Below the pieces are notes generated by a model. It saw nothing but the letters and a program-made list of their open reading frames with translations. It was not told where the DNA came from and made no database searches. DNA of 64,000 bases from Chiloscyllium plagiosum. Its lineage: Eukaryota. Position 1 is the first letter of the stretch. Every line of letters begins with the position of its first letter. A program made the translations under genes and the position numbers. The stretch lies in the NCBI RefSeq assembly GCF_004010195.1, contig NC_057757.1, positions 8,519,458-8,583,457 on the forward strand, written 5' to 3'. This document shows positions 11,781 through 24,289 of the stretch, piece by piece.

Positions 11781-12199
11781 GCTTAACTGATTAATATCGA
11801 GACACACCATGTAAGCAGCATTCCCACTGGAGCTGCACAGGAGAATCAGGATAAGATATTTCCTTCTGCAATTGTGCAGATTGAACTACAACCTTTAAAC
11901 ACACATAGGAAAGATGCCACTTAAGTATAGCTCTTTAAGAAAACAATGAGAGTAGGAACATTTCAGACCATCGCCTCAGTATGGCCGCCACATGTGCACT
12001 GAGCAAATATCAGTCACAGGTCATTTTGAAGGTCAAGCTGATACTGAACCAGGAATGGAGTTAGAGGTTGAGAATGGAAACCCAGCGTTTTGTGGAGATT
12101 TTAAAAAGCACTTTCTGAAGAAAGCGACCAGACATATTCCATTTTCACCACATGCACATACTTTTGTTTTCACAACTTGTCACAAGGTAATATCATATT

Positions 12200-12405
12200 G
12201 CTGCACAAGCAGATCTAGCAGCATCTGTCAAGAAAAATACAGAGTTAACTTTTCGGGTCTGGTGACCTTTCTGCAGAACTTCTGAGGGAAGGGTCACTCA
12301 ACCTGAAAATTTAACTTCAATGTCTCTTCACAGATGCTGCCAGACCTGTAGAGCTTTTCCAGCTTTTCTGTGTTTGTTTCTGATTTGCAGCATCTGCAGT
12401 ACTTT
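12200..12405. mobile_element. Degenerate Penelope-derived palindrome
   Basis: Arms cagcatctgt..agttaacttttcgggt..gtgacc and ggtcac..acctgaaaatttaact..acagatgctg. Confidence 0.65.
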
Positions 12406-13837
12406 TGGATTTTCTCATTTCTCCGTAGTCGGGTGTCACATTCAGCTGAGAAATTTTAATCCCCTGAATATTGTGACTTTACACGAGGCATTTAATTATC
12501 ATGCACAGTGAGAAAGAGTCATCATATCATCGACATACAGCTACCTCTTGATTGCAGTGAATTAATAACCAATATAATCATTAATCTTTCCAATCTAATC
12601 TAGCATGTAAACCTGTCCCAAAACGTAGGAAGTTCAGAGAGGTTCTGAGGACAATTCTCCTTCACCCAGAGGGTCGTGAGATCTGAAATGTTCTGCCTGG
12701 AAGTGTAGTCGAGATGGGAAACCTCACATCATTCAAACAAAGGATGTGGATGAGCCTTTGAGATGGTAAAACATTCAAGGCTATGGGTTTGAAAGTGGAA
12801 CTAATGCAGATTTAGAGTAATTCTGTTGATGCAGACTCGATGGACCTCTTCTACACTATATGTTTCTACGTTTCTATGGTTACACACCTGTGATTCAGAT
12901 CATGAAGATGGACACTAGAAACTAATTGTCACTGCATTTTTGCTTAAATTTCAGAGTGAAACATTACACATGGATACCTCCTAACTCTACTCCAGGCCAG
13001 CTTCCCATCATAATGGTTTTGAATCGCATGTTGGGGATGCATTCTAGGATACCTACAGAGGCGCTGGCACTTGAACTTCTGACCCAGAGGTTGGGACACT
13101 GTATAACACAATCCTTCGTTATAATGACAGAGGTGGCAGACCAACCCACAACCATAGGGCACAATACACAATGTCCTTCAATGCACAACAGGAACAGAAG
13201 GTGCAATTATTTTTGGACCATCAGTTCATGGAAGTTACAACACACCTCAGGCACAGAAGGGACTGCAACCCAAACTTCATGGCACAGTGATAGAGACCAA
13301 ACAATGTTGTCACAAGGTCATTTTTAGGTTAGATTTCTGGATATTATGCGCTTCAGTGATGACCCACTCCCAAAGCTCTCTGCAGGTACACAATTAATGT
13401 CATTTTATGAAACCATCACATGCGTTTGAGAAATCTGTATGTTACCATACTTCTATTCATTCATGGAATGTAACCATCTTCACTGGCTGGGCCAGCATTT
13501 ATTGTCTCTCCGAACTGCCCTGACAATTGTCTTTGAGAGTTTCCCTTGTGCATCTCTGCCATGCCTCCCCTCTCACTGCTGTTCAGAGTGTCATCAGCTA
13601 ACTGGATACTGTCTGTTGGGAGCTGTGTCTGGTCAGCTTTTTTCCCCTAGTTCCCTACCTTTAAGACACTATTTAAAAACACAACTACTAATTGACCGCA
13701 ATTTTATTTCCCGTCACGATGGTCAGCATTCTACTGGAAAACCTGCCAGCCTCACTCCTGTTACGTTGATTCTCTTGCTCCTCGGATGCTGCCTGACCTG
13801 CTGCGCTTTTCCAGCACCATACCCTCGACTCACTCCT

Positions 13838-14420
13838 ATTATGGACAAGACCAGACTCCCTCAACATATTTAAGAATATCACCTAAACCCTAACTTTTTC
13901 TTATTTTAAAGATGGATGTGAAGTGTCATGTTCTATTTAAACACTGTAATTAAAATACAAACTAAAGAAAGAGGAATTTTGAATAGTTTAACACTATTGG
14001 AAAACTTAACTGAATAACAGATGCAGTAACTGGTACTAATGAAGTGTTCAAATATAATGACATCCCATAAACACACCTCTTAGCAAAAAGGCTATTTCAG
14101 ACACAGACTCTGACATGCAGTTCTCCAGTCTAGGAGGAAAGTAACATCAAGAGAAGGTTCAGAGAGAGTAGCAGTGAGGTGACATTTCCTGAAGCTACAA
14201 ACTCTTTTCAGACCCCAATGGCTACTGCTGCTGAAAGCTAAGAAAAACCCGAAAGCCTGGCCTTTCAGAGCCGGCCACACTCACTCAGGCTGTTTCCAAG
14301 GCTTCACAAGTTGTTTATTTAAACCATCTTCATTAGGCAGGTCCTCACCTCTGTCCTACAACCACTTTTCAAAAAACCACCAGGGCAACATCATCTCTTA
14401 CAGTAACAGCATCATCTCAC
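13838..14420 (-). mobile_element. Gmr1-type solo LTR
   Basis: Reverse-complement similarity to the 23267-23890 LTR family. Confidence 0.6.
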
Positions 14421-14929
14421 TCCATTACAAGTGACATAAATCCACAACGTTCTCTTGTAGCTGCTGGCTATCATTCACTCACATTGGTGGCTCAACACAT
14501 GGAATAATATCTGTGGTCACATGATCAAGAATGATAAAGGGGACACTTGCAGGGAAGGTTTGACACTTTAAGTCAAAATATAGCAAACGTACACAGCAGA
14601 TATGTAATTCACTGGTAGAAATACTACCTTTGATGATATTTTAAAACTATCCTGTGAAAGGGAGCAAATTATTATGTGCAAGTCAATAAAATATTGTGCT
14701 AAAAGTGAGAAATGATAATATTCAGCCAAAACAATGATGTAGACGAAAGATAGAATTATAGCTAAAAAGCCACATGAATAAGTTCAAAGGAAATATCTTT
14801 CCAGAAAAGACAGTAGAGAGCTGAAAGGGAAGAAGTTACACAAAACAGACCAGCAATCACAGCGTTTTGTGTTGAGGGAGTTAAAATCAAAATAACTTTC
14901 AAACCGTGTGACAGATTGCAGTCCAGTAC

Positions 14930-14999
14930 TTGGCACCCCGATAGCTGCAAGGATGGGATAATAAATGGCAAAGAGCAGACCTTCTGGTACACCATGCAT
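14930..14999 (-). CDS. Gene A exon 1, proximal copy (MHGVPEGLLFAIYYPILAAIGVP)
   Basis: ATG at 14999, 70 nt, donor A|GTACTG, phase 1 matches exon 2 and gives GVPTN in TM1. Confidence 0.75.
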
Positions 15000-15039
15000 T
15001 TCGGTAAGATTCACTACTCCCCATATAGTGGGTGAGACA

Positions 15040-15100
15040 TTTATACCTGATGTGAGCCTCCCAGGGGCATCGAGATGTTTAGAGTTTGGAAATTAATTGC
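15040..15100 (-). promoter_or_regulatory. Gene A core promoter (repeated at ~15535-15595)
   Basis: TATAAA about 40 nt upstream of the ATG, TCCCAGGGG and AATTAATT motifs. Confidence 0.5.
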
Positions 15101-15424
15101 GAAATTGCAACAACTAAAGGGGAGCCATTTTGAAATTACTTTGACTTGACGTCTTATGCACCAAAGGTGAACGGTGAAAGACCCCTGTCTGATCCCAATC
15201 ACGTATCCTCAGATTAAAAAAAAAATTAGGAACAATAGAATGGAGTCATTAGTTACAGCAAAGATGAAGAATGCTGGAGAAACTCAGCAGGTCTGGCTGC
15301 ATCTGGAGAGAGAGAGAGAGAGATAGTGTTTTACACAAAACAGACCAGCAATCACAGTGTTTTGTGTTGAGGGAGCTAAAATCAAAAGAACTTTCAAACC
15401 GTGTGACAGATTGCAGTCCAGTAC

Positions 15425-15494
15425 CTGGCACCCCAATAGCTGCAAGGATGGGATAATAAATGGCAAAGAGCAGACCTTCTGGTACACCATGCAT
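15425..15494 (-). CDS. Gene A exon 1, distal copy
   Basis: ATG at 15494, 70 nt, donor CAG|GTACTG, gives GVPAN. Confidence 0.75.
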
Positions 15495-16010
15495 TCCAGT
15501 AAGATTCACTACTCCCCATATAGTGGGTGAGACATTTATACCTGATGTGAGCCTCCCAGCGGCAATGAGATGTTTAGAGTTTGGAAATTAATTGCGAAAT
15601 TGCAACAACTAAAGGGGAGCCGTTTTGAAATTACTTTGACTTGACGTCATATGCACCAAAGGTGAACGGTGAAAGACCCCTGTCTGATCCCAATCACGTA
15701 TCCTCAGATTAAAAAAAAAATTAGGAACAATAGAATGGAGTCATTAGTTACAGCAAAGATGAAGAATGCTGGAGAAACTCAGCAGGTCTGGCTGCATCTG
15801 GAGAGAGAGAGAGAGATAGTGTTTCGAGTCTAGCATAACACTTTTTAAGAACTCAGTTCTGAGTAAAAACAAATTCAATGAATTACTGCAATTGGATGGT
15901 ACACAGTGCTATGACTCTGCGTGGAGGTCAATTTAGACACCGGAGAGACAAAGTGTATTCAGTTAAAAAGTAAATTTTGAGGCGGGAAAGACTGAAAGAC
16001 TGTGATATCA

Positions 16011-16067
16011 AGAATATTATCTCAGAATATTATCTCAGAATATTATCTCAGAATATTATCTCAGAAT
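16011..16067. repeat. 13-bp tandem repeat (agaatattatctc), about 4 copies
   Basis: Seen directly. Confidence 0.9.
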
Positions 16068-17208
16068 CCCTACATCTCAGGATCCATACAGTGTGGAAAC
16101 AGGCCCTTCAGCCCAACAAGTCTCTAAATTGGAAGGGGACTCATATACTGATAGGGAGATTTAGTAGAGCTGCTCGGGAGGATTTAAACTACTAAGGTGG
16201 AGGGTGGGGTGGGCGGAATAGTGAGAAAAGATTTCAATCTGAGACTGGTACAGTTGAGAACAAAGGCGAGTCAAACAGTCAGGGCAGGCAGGGACAAGGT
16301 AGGACTAATAAATTAAACTGATTCCCGGAAATACATCCAGGGAAGTTATTTGTAAGGAGCTGAGAAACAAGAAAGGGATGATCACTTTATTGGGACTATA
16401 TTATAGACCCCCTAATAGTCAGAGGGAAATTGAGAAACAAATTTGTAAGGAGATTTCAGTTAACTGTAAGAATAATAGGGTAGTTATGGTAGGGGATTTT
16501 AACTTTCCAAACATCGACTGGGACTGCCATAGTGTTAAGGGTTTAGTGTTAAGGAGAGGAATTTGTTAAGTGGGTACAAGAATATTTTCTGATTTAGTGT
16601 GTGGATATGCCTACTAGAGAAGGTGCAAAAGTTGACCTACTCTTGGGAAATAAGGCAGGGCAGGTGACTGAGGTGTCAGTGGGGGAGCACTTTGGGGCCA
16701 GCGACCATAATTCTATTAGATTTAAAGCAGTGATGTAAAAGGATAGACCAGATCTAAAAGTTGAAGTTCTAAATTGGAGAAAGGCCAATTTTGACGGTAT
16801 TAGGCAAGAACTTTCGAAAGCTGATTGGGGCAGATGTTCATAAGTAAAGGGACGGCTGGAAAATGGGAAGCCTTTAGAAATGAGATAACGAGAACCCAGA
16901 GAAAGTATATTCCTGATAGGGTGAAAGGAAAGGCTGGTAGGTCTAGGGAATGCTGGATGACTAAAGAAATTGAGGGTTTGGTTAAGAAAAGGAAGGAAGC
17001 TTATGTCAGGTATAGACAGGATAGATCGAATGAATCATTAGAAGAGTATAAAGGCAGCAGGAGTGTACTTAAGAGGGAAATCAGGAGGGCAAAAAGGGGA
17101 CATGATCTAGCTTTGGCAAATCGAATTAAGGAGAATCCAAAGGGTTTTTACAAATACATTAAGGACAAAAGGGTAACTAGGGAGAGAATAGGGCCCTTCA
17201 AATGACCA

Positions 17209-17427
17209 AGGAGAAAGTGAGGACTGCAGATGCTGGAGATCAGAGCTGAAAGTGTGTTGCTGGAAAAGCGCAGCAGGTCATGCAGCATCCAAGGAACAGG
17301 AGAATCGATGTTTCGGGCATAAGCCCTTCTTCAGGATTCCTAAAGAAGGGCTTATGCCCGAAACATCGATTCTCCTGTTCCTTGGATGCTGCCTGACTGC
17401 TGCGCTTTTCCAGCAACACATTTTCAC
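17209..17427. mobile_element. Penelope-derived palindromic element with hammerhead cores and a 15-bp TSD
   Basis: Near-perfect inverted repeat 17248-17426; TSD cccttcaaatga(c/t)ca at 17194-17208 and 17428-17442. Confidence 0.85.
17304..17335 (-). ncRNA. Minimal hammerhead ribozyme motif (Penelope type)
   Basis: Minus strand CCUGAAGA-A-GGGC-UUAU-GCCC-GAAAC-AUCG gives CUGANGA, stem II and GAAA; a mutated mirror copy lies at 17339-17370 on plus. Confidence 0.65.
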
Positions 17428-18450
17428 CCCTTCAAATGATCAGCAAGGCGGCCTTTGTGTAGAACCGCAGAAAATGGGGGAGATACTAAACAAGTATTTT
17501 GCCTCAGTATTTACTGTGGAGAAGGACATGGAAGATATAGAATGTAGGGAAATAGTTGGAGACATCTTGTAAAATGTCCATATTACAGAGGAGGAAGTGC
17601 TGGATGTCTTGAAACTTGAAATTACCAGAACTGGGGGAGTCAAAAATGGAGGTTGGGGGGTATATATTTTCTCTCATTTTGCCCACCTCCATTTGTTCAG
17701 TCCACCCCAGGTTTTTGAACCTGCCCCAATTAAGCAGCTTCTACCTCTTGACCCCACCCCATTTACCTGTCCCGGCATTTTTGCCCATCCCTACAATATT
17801 CACCCCCCACCCAACTCTTGCACTTTCCCCCAAACATTTTGCCCCTCACCTCCTTGTCCTGGTTTAGTTGCCCCTCCCCCAAACTGCCCCCTCTGCCATT
17901 TCTCCCTGCACACCCTCCACTGGATATAAAAGCCCCCTCTGTGTCTCCATCGTGTACAATAACCGCCTCCCCTCCCCTCCCCCCTCCCCTCACTGGGCCC
18001 TCGCCCCTGGGCTGGAGGGGGTGGGGCACAGGGAGGATGTGTACTGAAGACTGGCCTTTCAACTGTGTGTGTCTTCATGCACAGCAAGATCCCAGGCTCC
18101 CCCTCCATCCTGCTCAATGAGAAAGGGGCTTTATCTCCCCCACCCCCACTCACCATTGGGACAACAATGGGAGAAACATGGAACAGCAAGATCCCACTGT
18201 GATAACAACATGTGCAGCATTTAGTGGTACTGAGTCCAAATCTACCCCAGGGACAGGAACAGCGGGGCAGAGGGAGGGAGGGATAGATAGATAGGGAGAG
18301 AGAGAAAGTGAGTGACATGAGGGACAGATAGGGAGGGGGAGAGAAAGTGAGTGAGATGAGAGACAGATAAGGAGGGGGAGAGAAAGCGAGCGAGATGAGG
18401 GACAGAGAAGGACAGAGAGAGAAAGCGAGTGAGATGAGGGACGGGGGGGA

Positions 18451-18618
18451 NNNNNNNNNNNNNNNNNNNNNNNNNNNNNNNNNNNNNNNNNNNNNNNNNN
18501 NNNNNNNNNNNNNNNNNNNNNNNNNNNNNNNNNNNNNNNNNNNNNNNNNNNNNNNNNNNNNNNNNNNNNNNNNNNNNNNNNNNNNNNNNNNNNNNNNNNN
18601 NNNNNNNNNNNNNNNNNN
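18451..18618. other. Assembly gap (168 N)
   Basis: N run flanked by GA-rich repeats. Confidence 1.
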
Positions 18619-18633
18619 GAGAGAAATCCCAAG

Positions 18634-18666
<33 letters not shown>

Positions 18667-19160
18667 GAGAAGAGAGATACCAAAGATAGCTAGTGAAAGA
18701 GAGAGAGGGGGGTGGGTGATGGTATTAGTCAGTTAGAGTGATCCTCAGGCAGGAACAGCAAGATCCCTCAGGGCTGACAGAGAGAGGGGTGTAAGGAGAG
18801 GTGAGCAGGGAGGTTGGAGATTGAACAATTCAACAGTTCCAGGAAAGAGGGATGATATAGAGTTTTGTGGGAGGGAATCTACTGGGGAATGTGACCAGGG
18901 CAGAGATGGGATTTAAGGAAAGGTGTGGGACAGACAGAGACAGAGAAAGTGAGCTGAGAACACAGAGGTAGAGATGGGAGCTGGAGAGCAAGAGAGAGGC
19001 AGTGACATCTGTGGGATCAGACTGTGCGGCAGCTCCCTCTACATGTGGATGGCAGTGCTAGAGACCGGCGTTCAATTCCCGCCTCAGGCAACTGTCTGTG
19101 TGGAGTTTGCACATTCTCCCCGTGTCTGTGCGGGTTTCTTCTGGGTGCTCCGGTTTCCTC

Positions 19161-19660
19161 NNNNNNNNNNNNNNNNNNNNNNNNNNNNNNNNNNNNNNNN
19201 NNNNNNNNNNNNNNNNNNNNNNNNNNNNNNNNNNNNNNNNNNNNNNNNNNNNNNNNNNNNNNNNNNNNNNNNNNNNNNNNNNNNNNNNNNNNNNNNNNNN
19301 NNNNNNNNNNNNNNNNNNNNNNNNNNNNNNNNNNNNNNNNNNNNNNNNNNNNNNNNNNNNNNNNNNNNNNNNNNNNNNNNNNNNNNNNNNNNNNNNNNNN
19401 NNNNNNNNNNNNNNNNNNNNNNNNNNNNNNNNNNNNNNNNNNNNNNNNNNNNNNNNNNNNNNNNNNNNNNNNNNNNNNNNNNNNNNNNNNNNNNNNNNNN
19501 NNNNNNNNNNNNNNNNNNNNNNNNNNNNNNNNNNNNNNNNNNNNNNNNNNNNNNNNNNNNNNNNNNNNNNNNNNNNNNNNNNNNNNNNNNNNNNNNNNNN
19601 NNNNNNNNNNNNNNNNNNNNNNNNNNNNNNNNNNNNNNNNNNNNNNNNNNNNNNNNNNNN
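19161..19660. other. Assembly gap (500 N)
   Basis: N run directly after a partial SINE at 19055-19160. Confidence 1.
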
Positions 19661-19759
19661 CAGAAGATTTATAGGAACCTTCGATTTATAAATAGTGGCA
19701 TAGAAAATAAAAACAATGAAGTAATGTTGCACCTCTACAATCATTTATTCTTAGTGTTA

Positions 19760-20578
19760 CACAGCATGGAAACAGAACTAATTCAGTCCAACTAATTCAC
19801 ACCAGCCAAATGTCCTAATCTGACTGAGTTCCATTTGCCAGCGTTGGGTCCATGTCCCTCTAATTGTAGGCCCCTGCAGATACCTTTTAAATGTTGTAAT
19901 TGTGTTCATCTCCACCACTTCCTCTGGCAGCTCATTCCATACGCACACAACCCTCTGCATGAAAACGTTATCTCTCAAGTCCTTTTAAAATCTTCCCTTC
20001 TCACCTGAAACATTCACCTTCTCGTTTTGGACTCACTCACACCAAGAAAAATACCAATCTTGTCCATTGAAACTGTCCATGCCCCTCATGCACCTCAATA
20101 AGGTAACGCCTCAGCCTTTGATGTTACAGGGAAAATAGCTCTGGACTATTCAGCCTCTCCCAATAATACGAACTGCCCAGTCCTGGCAACATTCTTGGGA
20201 ATATTTTCCTCAACCTCTCGAATTTAACAACATCCTTCTGATAGAAGAGTGACCAGATTGTACACAATGAATGAGTAGTGGCCTCATCAATGTCCTGTCC
20301 AGCTGCAAACTTCCATCCCAACTCCTGAACTCAATGTCCTGACAAGTGAAGATAAGCAGGCCAAATACCTTCTTCTCCAATCTGTCCATCTGCCACTCCA
20401 GTTTCAAAGGATGATGTACCTGCTACCCCCTCGGTCTCCTAGTTTAACAACACTCTCAAGCGCCTTGCCATTAACTGTATAAGTCCTGTCCTGTTTTGCC
20501 TTAGCAAAATGCAACATCTCACATTTATATCAATTAAATTCCATCTTCCACTGCTCATCACAATGGCACATCTGAATA
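19760..20578 (-). mobile_element. CR1 LINE 3' fragment
   Basis: QRVVCVWNELPEEVVE and MLPGL on the minus strand. Confidence 0.85.
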
Positions 20579-20804
20579 ATTAATATATTATCTAAATGGC
20601 GAAGTTTTAGAGTTCTAAGATGCAGAGAAATCTGGATGTTTTAGTTGCCAAATCGCAGAAGGTTAATATATAGGCACAGCAAGTCATCAAGAAGGCGGAT
20701 AGAATGCTGTGTTTTATTCTGAGACTAATTGAATGCAAGAGTAGGGAGTTTATGATTCAGTTATACAGGATGTTGGTAAGCTGCATATGGAGTGCTCTGT
20801 ACAA

Positions 20805-23265
20805 GACAGGGCAGGTGACCGAACTAAAAGTGTGGGAAATATTTTACGTAAAGCGATCATAATGCTAATAGTTTCAAAATGGTTATTGGAAAAAGATAAA
20901 CCTTCCATAAAAGCTAAAGCTTTTAATTGGAGTGAGGCAAATTTTAATGGTATGAGCCAAGAACGTTCAAAGATTGATTGGAGTCGACTGTTCACAGGTA
21001 AAAGGATGTTTCACATGCGGGAGGAATTCGAAGAGTGAGATTTCAGAGGCACATTGTTTCTGTTAGAGTGAAAGGTAAGGCTGGTAAGAGGACGGAACAA
21101 TAGATTAATAAAGATATTGAGGTTCTAGTTGAGAATAAAATGGAATCTTTTTTTTTTAGATTAGATTCCTTACAGTGTGGAAACAGGCCCTTCAGCCCAA
21201 CCTGTCCACACCGACCCTCTGAAGAGTAACCCACCCAGAACCATTGCCCTCCTAACACTAGTGGGCAATTTGGCATAGCTAATTCACCTGACCTATACAG
21301 CTTTGGGAGGAAACCAACGCAGACGTGGGGAGAATGTGCAAACTCTACACAGACAGCCACCCGAAGTTGGAATCGAACCTGGGATCCTAATGCTGTGAGG
21401 CAGTAGTGCTAATCACTGAGCCGCCCAAATAGATGCATGCAACTTGGTTTGATTGAATCTCTTAATGATAAAAGCAGAGGGGCATTCTTCGGAGAGAATC
21501 AGGAAGGCAAAGAGAAGATATGAGATTACATTGGCAGATAATATTAAGAACAATCAAAAGAGATTCTACAAATACATGAAGAGCAAGAGGGTAACGAGAT
21601 AGAGAGAGCATAGGGTCTCTTAGAGATCAAGGAAGCCGTTTTTGTGTTGAACTCCAAGAGATGGGGGAGATACTAAATGAATATTTCACATCAGAAAGAA
21701 ATGGACCCTGTAGAATGCAGAGAAATACACTTTGACATTTTAAAAATAGTTCCAATTACAGAAGAGAAGGTTTGGGATATCGTAGAGAAGGTAAAAATGG
21801 ATAAGTCACTGGGATCTGATCAAATGTATCCCGGAATGTTGTGGGAAGTAAGGGAGGCAATTATGAGAGTCCTTGCAGAAATGATTGCATCATCTATAAC
21901 TACGGGTGAGGAGCCTGATGACTGGAGGGTGTCTAATATTGCACCTTTATTTAGGAATCATTGTAAGGAGAAACTGGGGAACCATAGACCTGTGAGTCTG
22001 ACTTTGGTTGTGGGTAAATTGTTGGAGGTTGTAGTAGTGACCTTGGTTTCTGAAGCAGGAAGACTCTGAAGGTGTCAGGAATTCAGCAGGAGCAGCAGTT
22101 AATTTGAGCAGCATTCGATTACAGCAAGAAGAGGATCTCAAGAACATCACGCAGGATGATGGAGCTCGCTTTGTCAAACGCCGATACAATACTGTTTTTA
22201 TACTTTCTTACATCAAAATTATGACAATCTACAAATGAACTGTTATTGTGCAGTTGATCATATCACGCCCATAAATCAACCAACTGGGTAGTGATTACAT
22301 CAAGTCTATAAATCAGTTGATGAGGCAGTTAATTGCATCAGGTCTGTAAATTATCTAAATCACATTTATAATTCAATTAACTAGGCATTTTGATGACATC
22401 AGATCAATGTGTATTACATATCTCCTAGTTGGATTCAAACACAAGTGCCTATTGACTTTTGCGGTCACTTGCTTATATAAAAAAAACCTGAATACTCTAT
22501 GAAGTGCTGAGGTTCTGCCCTGTTCATCCATATCGGTTAGTACTTAACATTGCCTCCATGGTCTAGCTGGTGTGTCTTTAGTGAGGCAGAGAGTCAGTCA
22601 TCGTAAAGCATTTTATTCTGTGTTTTTCTTTGAGATGTTGTATTATAAGTTTCTTTAGTTTTGCATTGGGGTCCTTTTTTTAACCAATCCAATCACAAGC
22701 AGTCTATATTTACTACGACCACATTTCATTCATTCATTCATAAAACCATGGTCTGTCCACTCTCCTGCATGTCACCCGAACTATGAAAAGATTTTAATAT
22801 TAATCCTCCCTCAGAATGATCTACCGGCACTTGAATAGCTTGCAGGGCATCAAACAAGTTTTCTCTTTAATTACTACTGATGTGATTATAAAATATAAAG
22901 TTTATTGACACTGCGAGAAGCAAACATTGATTCGGGATAGTCAGCATGGTTTTGTGTGAGGAAAATAGTGTTTTATAAACCTGACTGATTTATTTTGTGG
23001 GTGTTGCCAAAAAAGCTGATTATGGCAGAGTAGTAAATATTGTTTAGTTGGACCTTATTAAAGCCTTTGACATGGTTCTGCTTGCTAAACTAATTAGTAA
23101 AGTTAGGTCACGCCAGATTCGGCGCGAGCTTGCCAATTGGATCCATAATTGGCTTAGGGGCAGGAGACAGAGAGTAATGGTGAAAGCTTGCTTTTCGGCC
23201 TGGAGACCTCTTACCAGTAAGTGTTCCACAGGGATCAGTTTTGGGCCTTCTTTTATTTGTTGTTT
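20805..23265 (+). mobile_element. Degraded CR1 LINE ORF2, interrupted by a SINE (21157-21425) and an insertion (22030-22910)
   Basis: DKSLGSDQMYP, NHRPVSLT, KAFD, NWIHNWLRGRRQRV. Confidence 0.85.
21157..21425 (-). mobile_element. HE1-type SINE
   Basis: tRNA-like A/B boxes on the minus strand, LINE-like 3' end and (AATCT)n tail. Confidence 0.85.
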
Positions 23266-23266
23266 A

Positions 23267-24270
23267 TGTGATGATGATGCTCCTTTAACAAGATTATGTT
23301 GTTCTTTTTTCAGAGGGTTCATAAACCCAGAGACTGTGCGAGATTTCGGTTCGCAGGCCAATTTGATTCTAGCTAACAAATACAGGCTCAGGAAAAATGT
23401 TTTCAAGTTTAAAAAAGAAGCACTTGCACAATGAAAGGGGAGTGGACAGTTCTCCAAGCTGAGCTTCACTCTGGTTTGGTTTGGTTTTAGCAAGCAGTCA
23501 GTTCTCGGAGGCTGCTGGTCAAATAAACATCTAACACGGAAGGTGCTGAATCTCTCTGACATCTCCCTGTAAGACCCTGTGTTTAATTTTGCCTTTCGTG
23601 CCGAGGTGTGTTAATGGAGATTGTTGCAAGTATTTGGAACAAAATCATTAACATGAAAAAAATCTGTTGGGTTTTCGGTTGGGTTAAGTTATTCGATATT
23701 CTATTATCTTTTGTTCGTGTTTCATTAATGAATCTTGTAAATAAATTATGTTTTGTTTAAAACTAAGTGGGTTGACCAGCCGAATGCCTCCTAGAATATC
23801 TCTGTTATACTCGTCTAAAACAACTAGCAAAATTAGGGTCTCGGTGATTTTCTTCAAATGTTTTGAGGGGAACTGGACCAGTCCATAACAGACAGTTAAC
23901 TCTTTGAGGGATTTGCTGTACAGTTCCAAACTGGGAAGTAGGTTTGTTGGACTCGAAGGCAGTGTGTATTAGATGTTAGTGTCTTTTGTTCTGAGTGGTG
24001 GATTCGGTTTGTTGAAACTGTGCTTGGGATAGCAATAGCTCATTCATTCACCAATAGTTTTCTGGGTGTGGAATAAGTGAATTTGGGATTTACAAAAGGT
24101 GATGAAGGGAAAACTGCTAGAATTGGCAGACAAGCTGGTGTTGGACCTGCCTCTTTCCGTAAGGAAAGGTGAAATAATTGCAGCCATGGCTCAGCATTGA
24201 AATTTGTTGGTAATGTCATCACAATCGTTAGAGATGGCTAAACTTCAATTGAAAATGAAACAGCGTTTTT
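23267..24270 (+). mobile_element. Gmr1-type LTR (23267-23890) plus truncated leader
   Basis: TG...CCATAACA termini; downstream sequence resembles 30310-30490. Confidence 0.7.
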
Positions 24271-24289
24271 AGAGGGGGCCTGGCCTGGT

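Larger units (their letters stand above)
14836..15824. repeat. 495-bp direct tandem duplication of the gene A promoter and exon 1
   Basis: 14836-15330 and 15331-15824 are near identical with scattered substitutions. Confidence 0.95.
16125..17612 (+). mobile_element. CR1/HER1 LINE ORF2 fragment (endonuclease and linker)
   Basis: YYRPP, VGDFNFPNIDW, SDHN, NPKGFYKYIK, LNKYFASVFT. Confidence 0.9.

Noticed and set aside
18150..19795. Long ORFs full of X
   Set aside because: They read through N gaps
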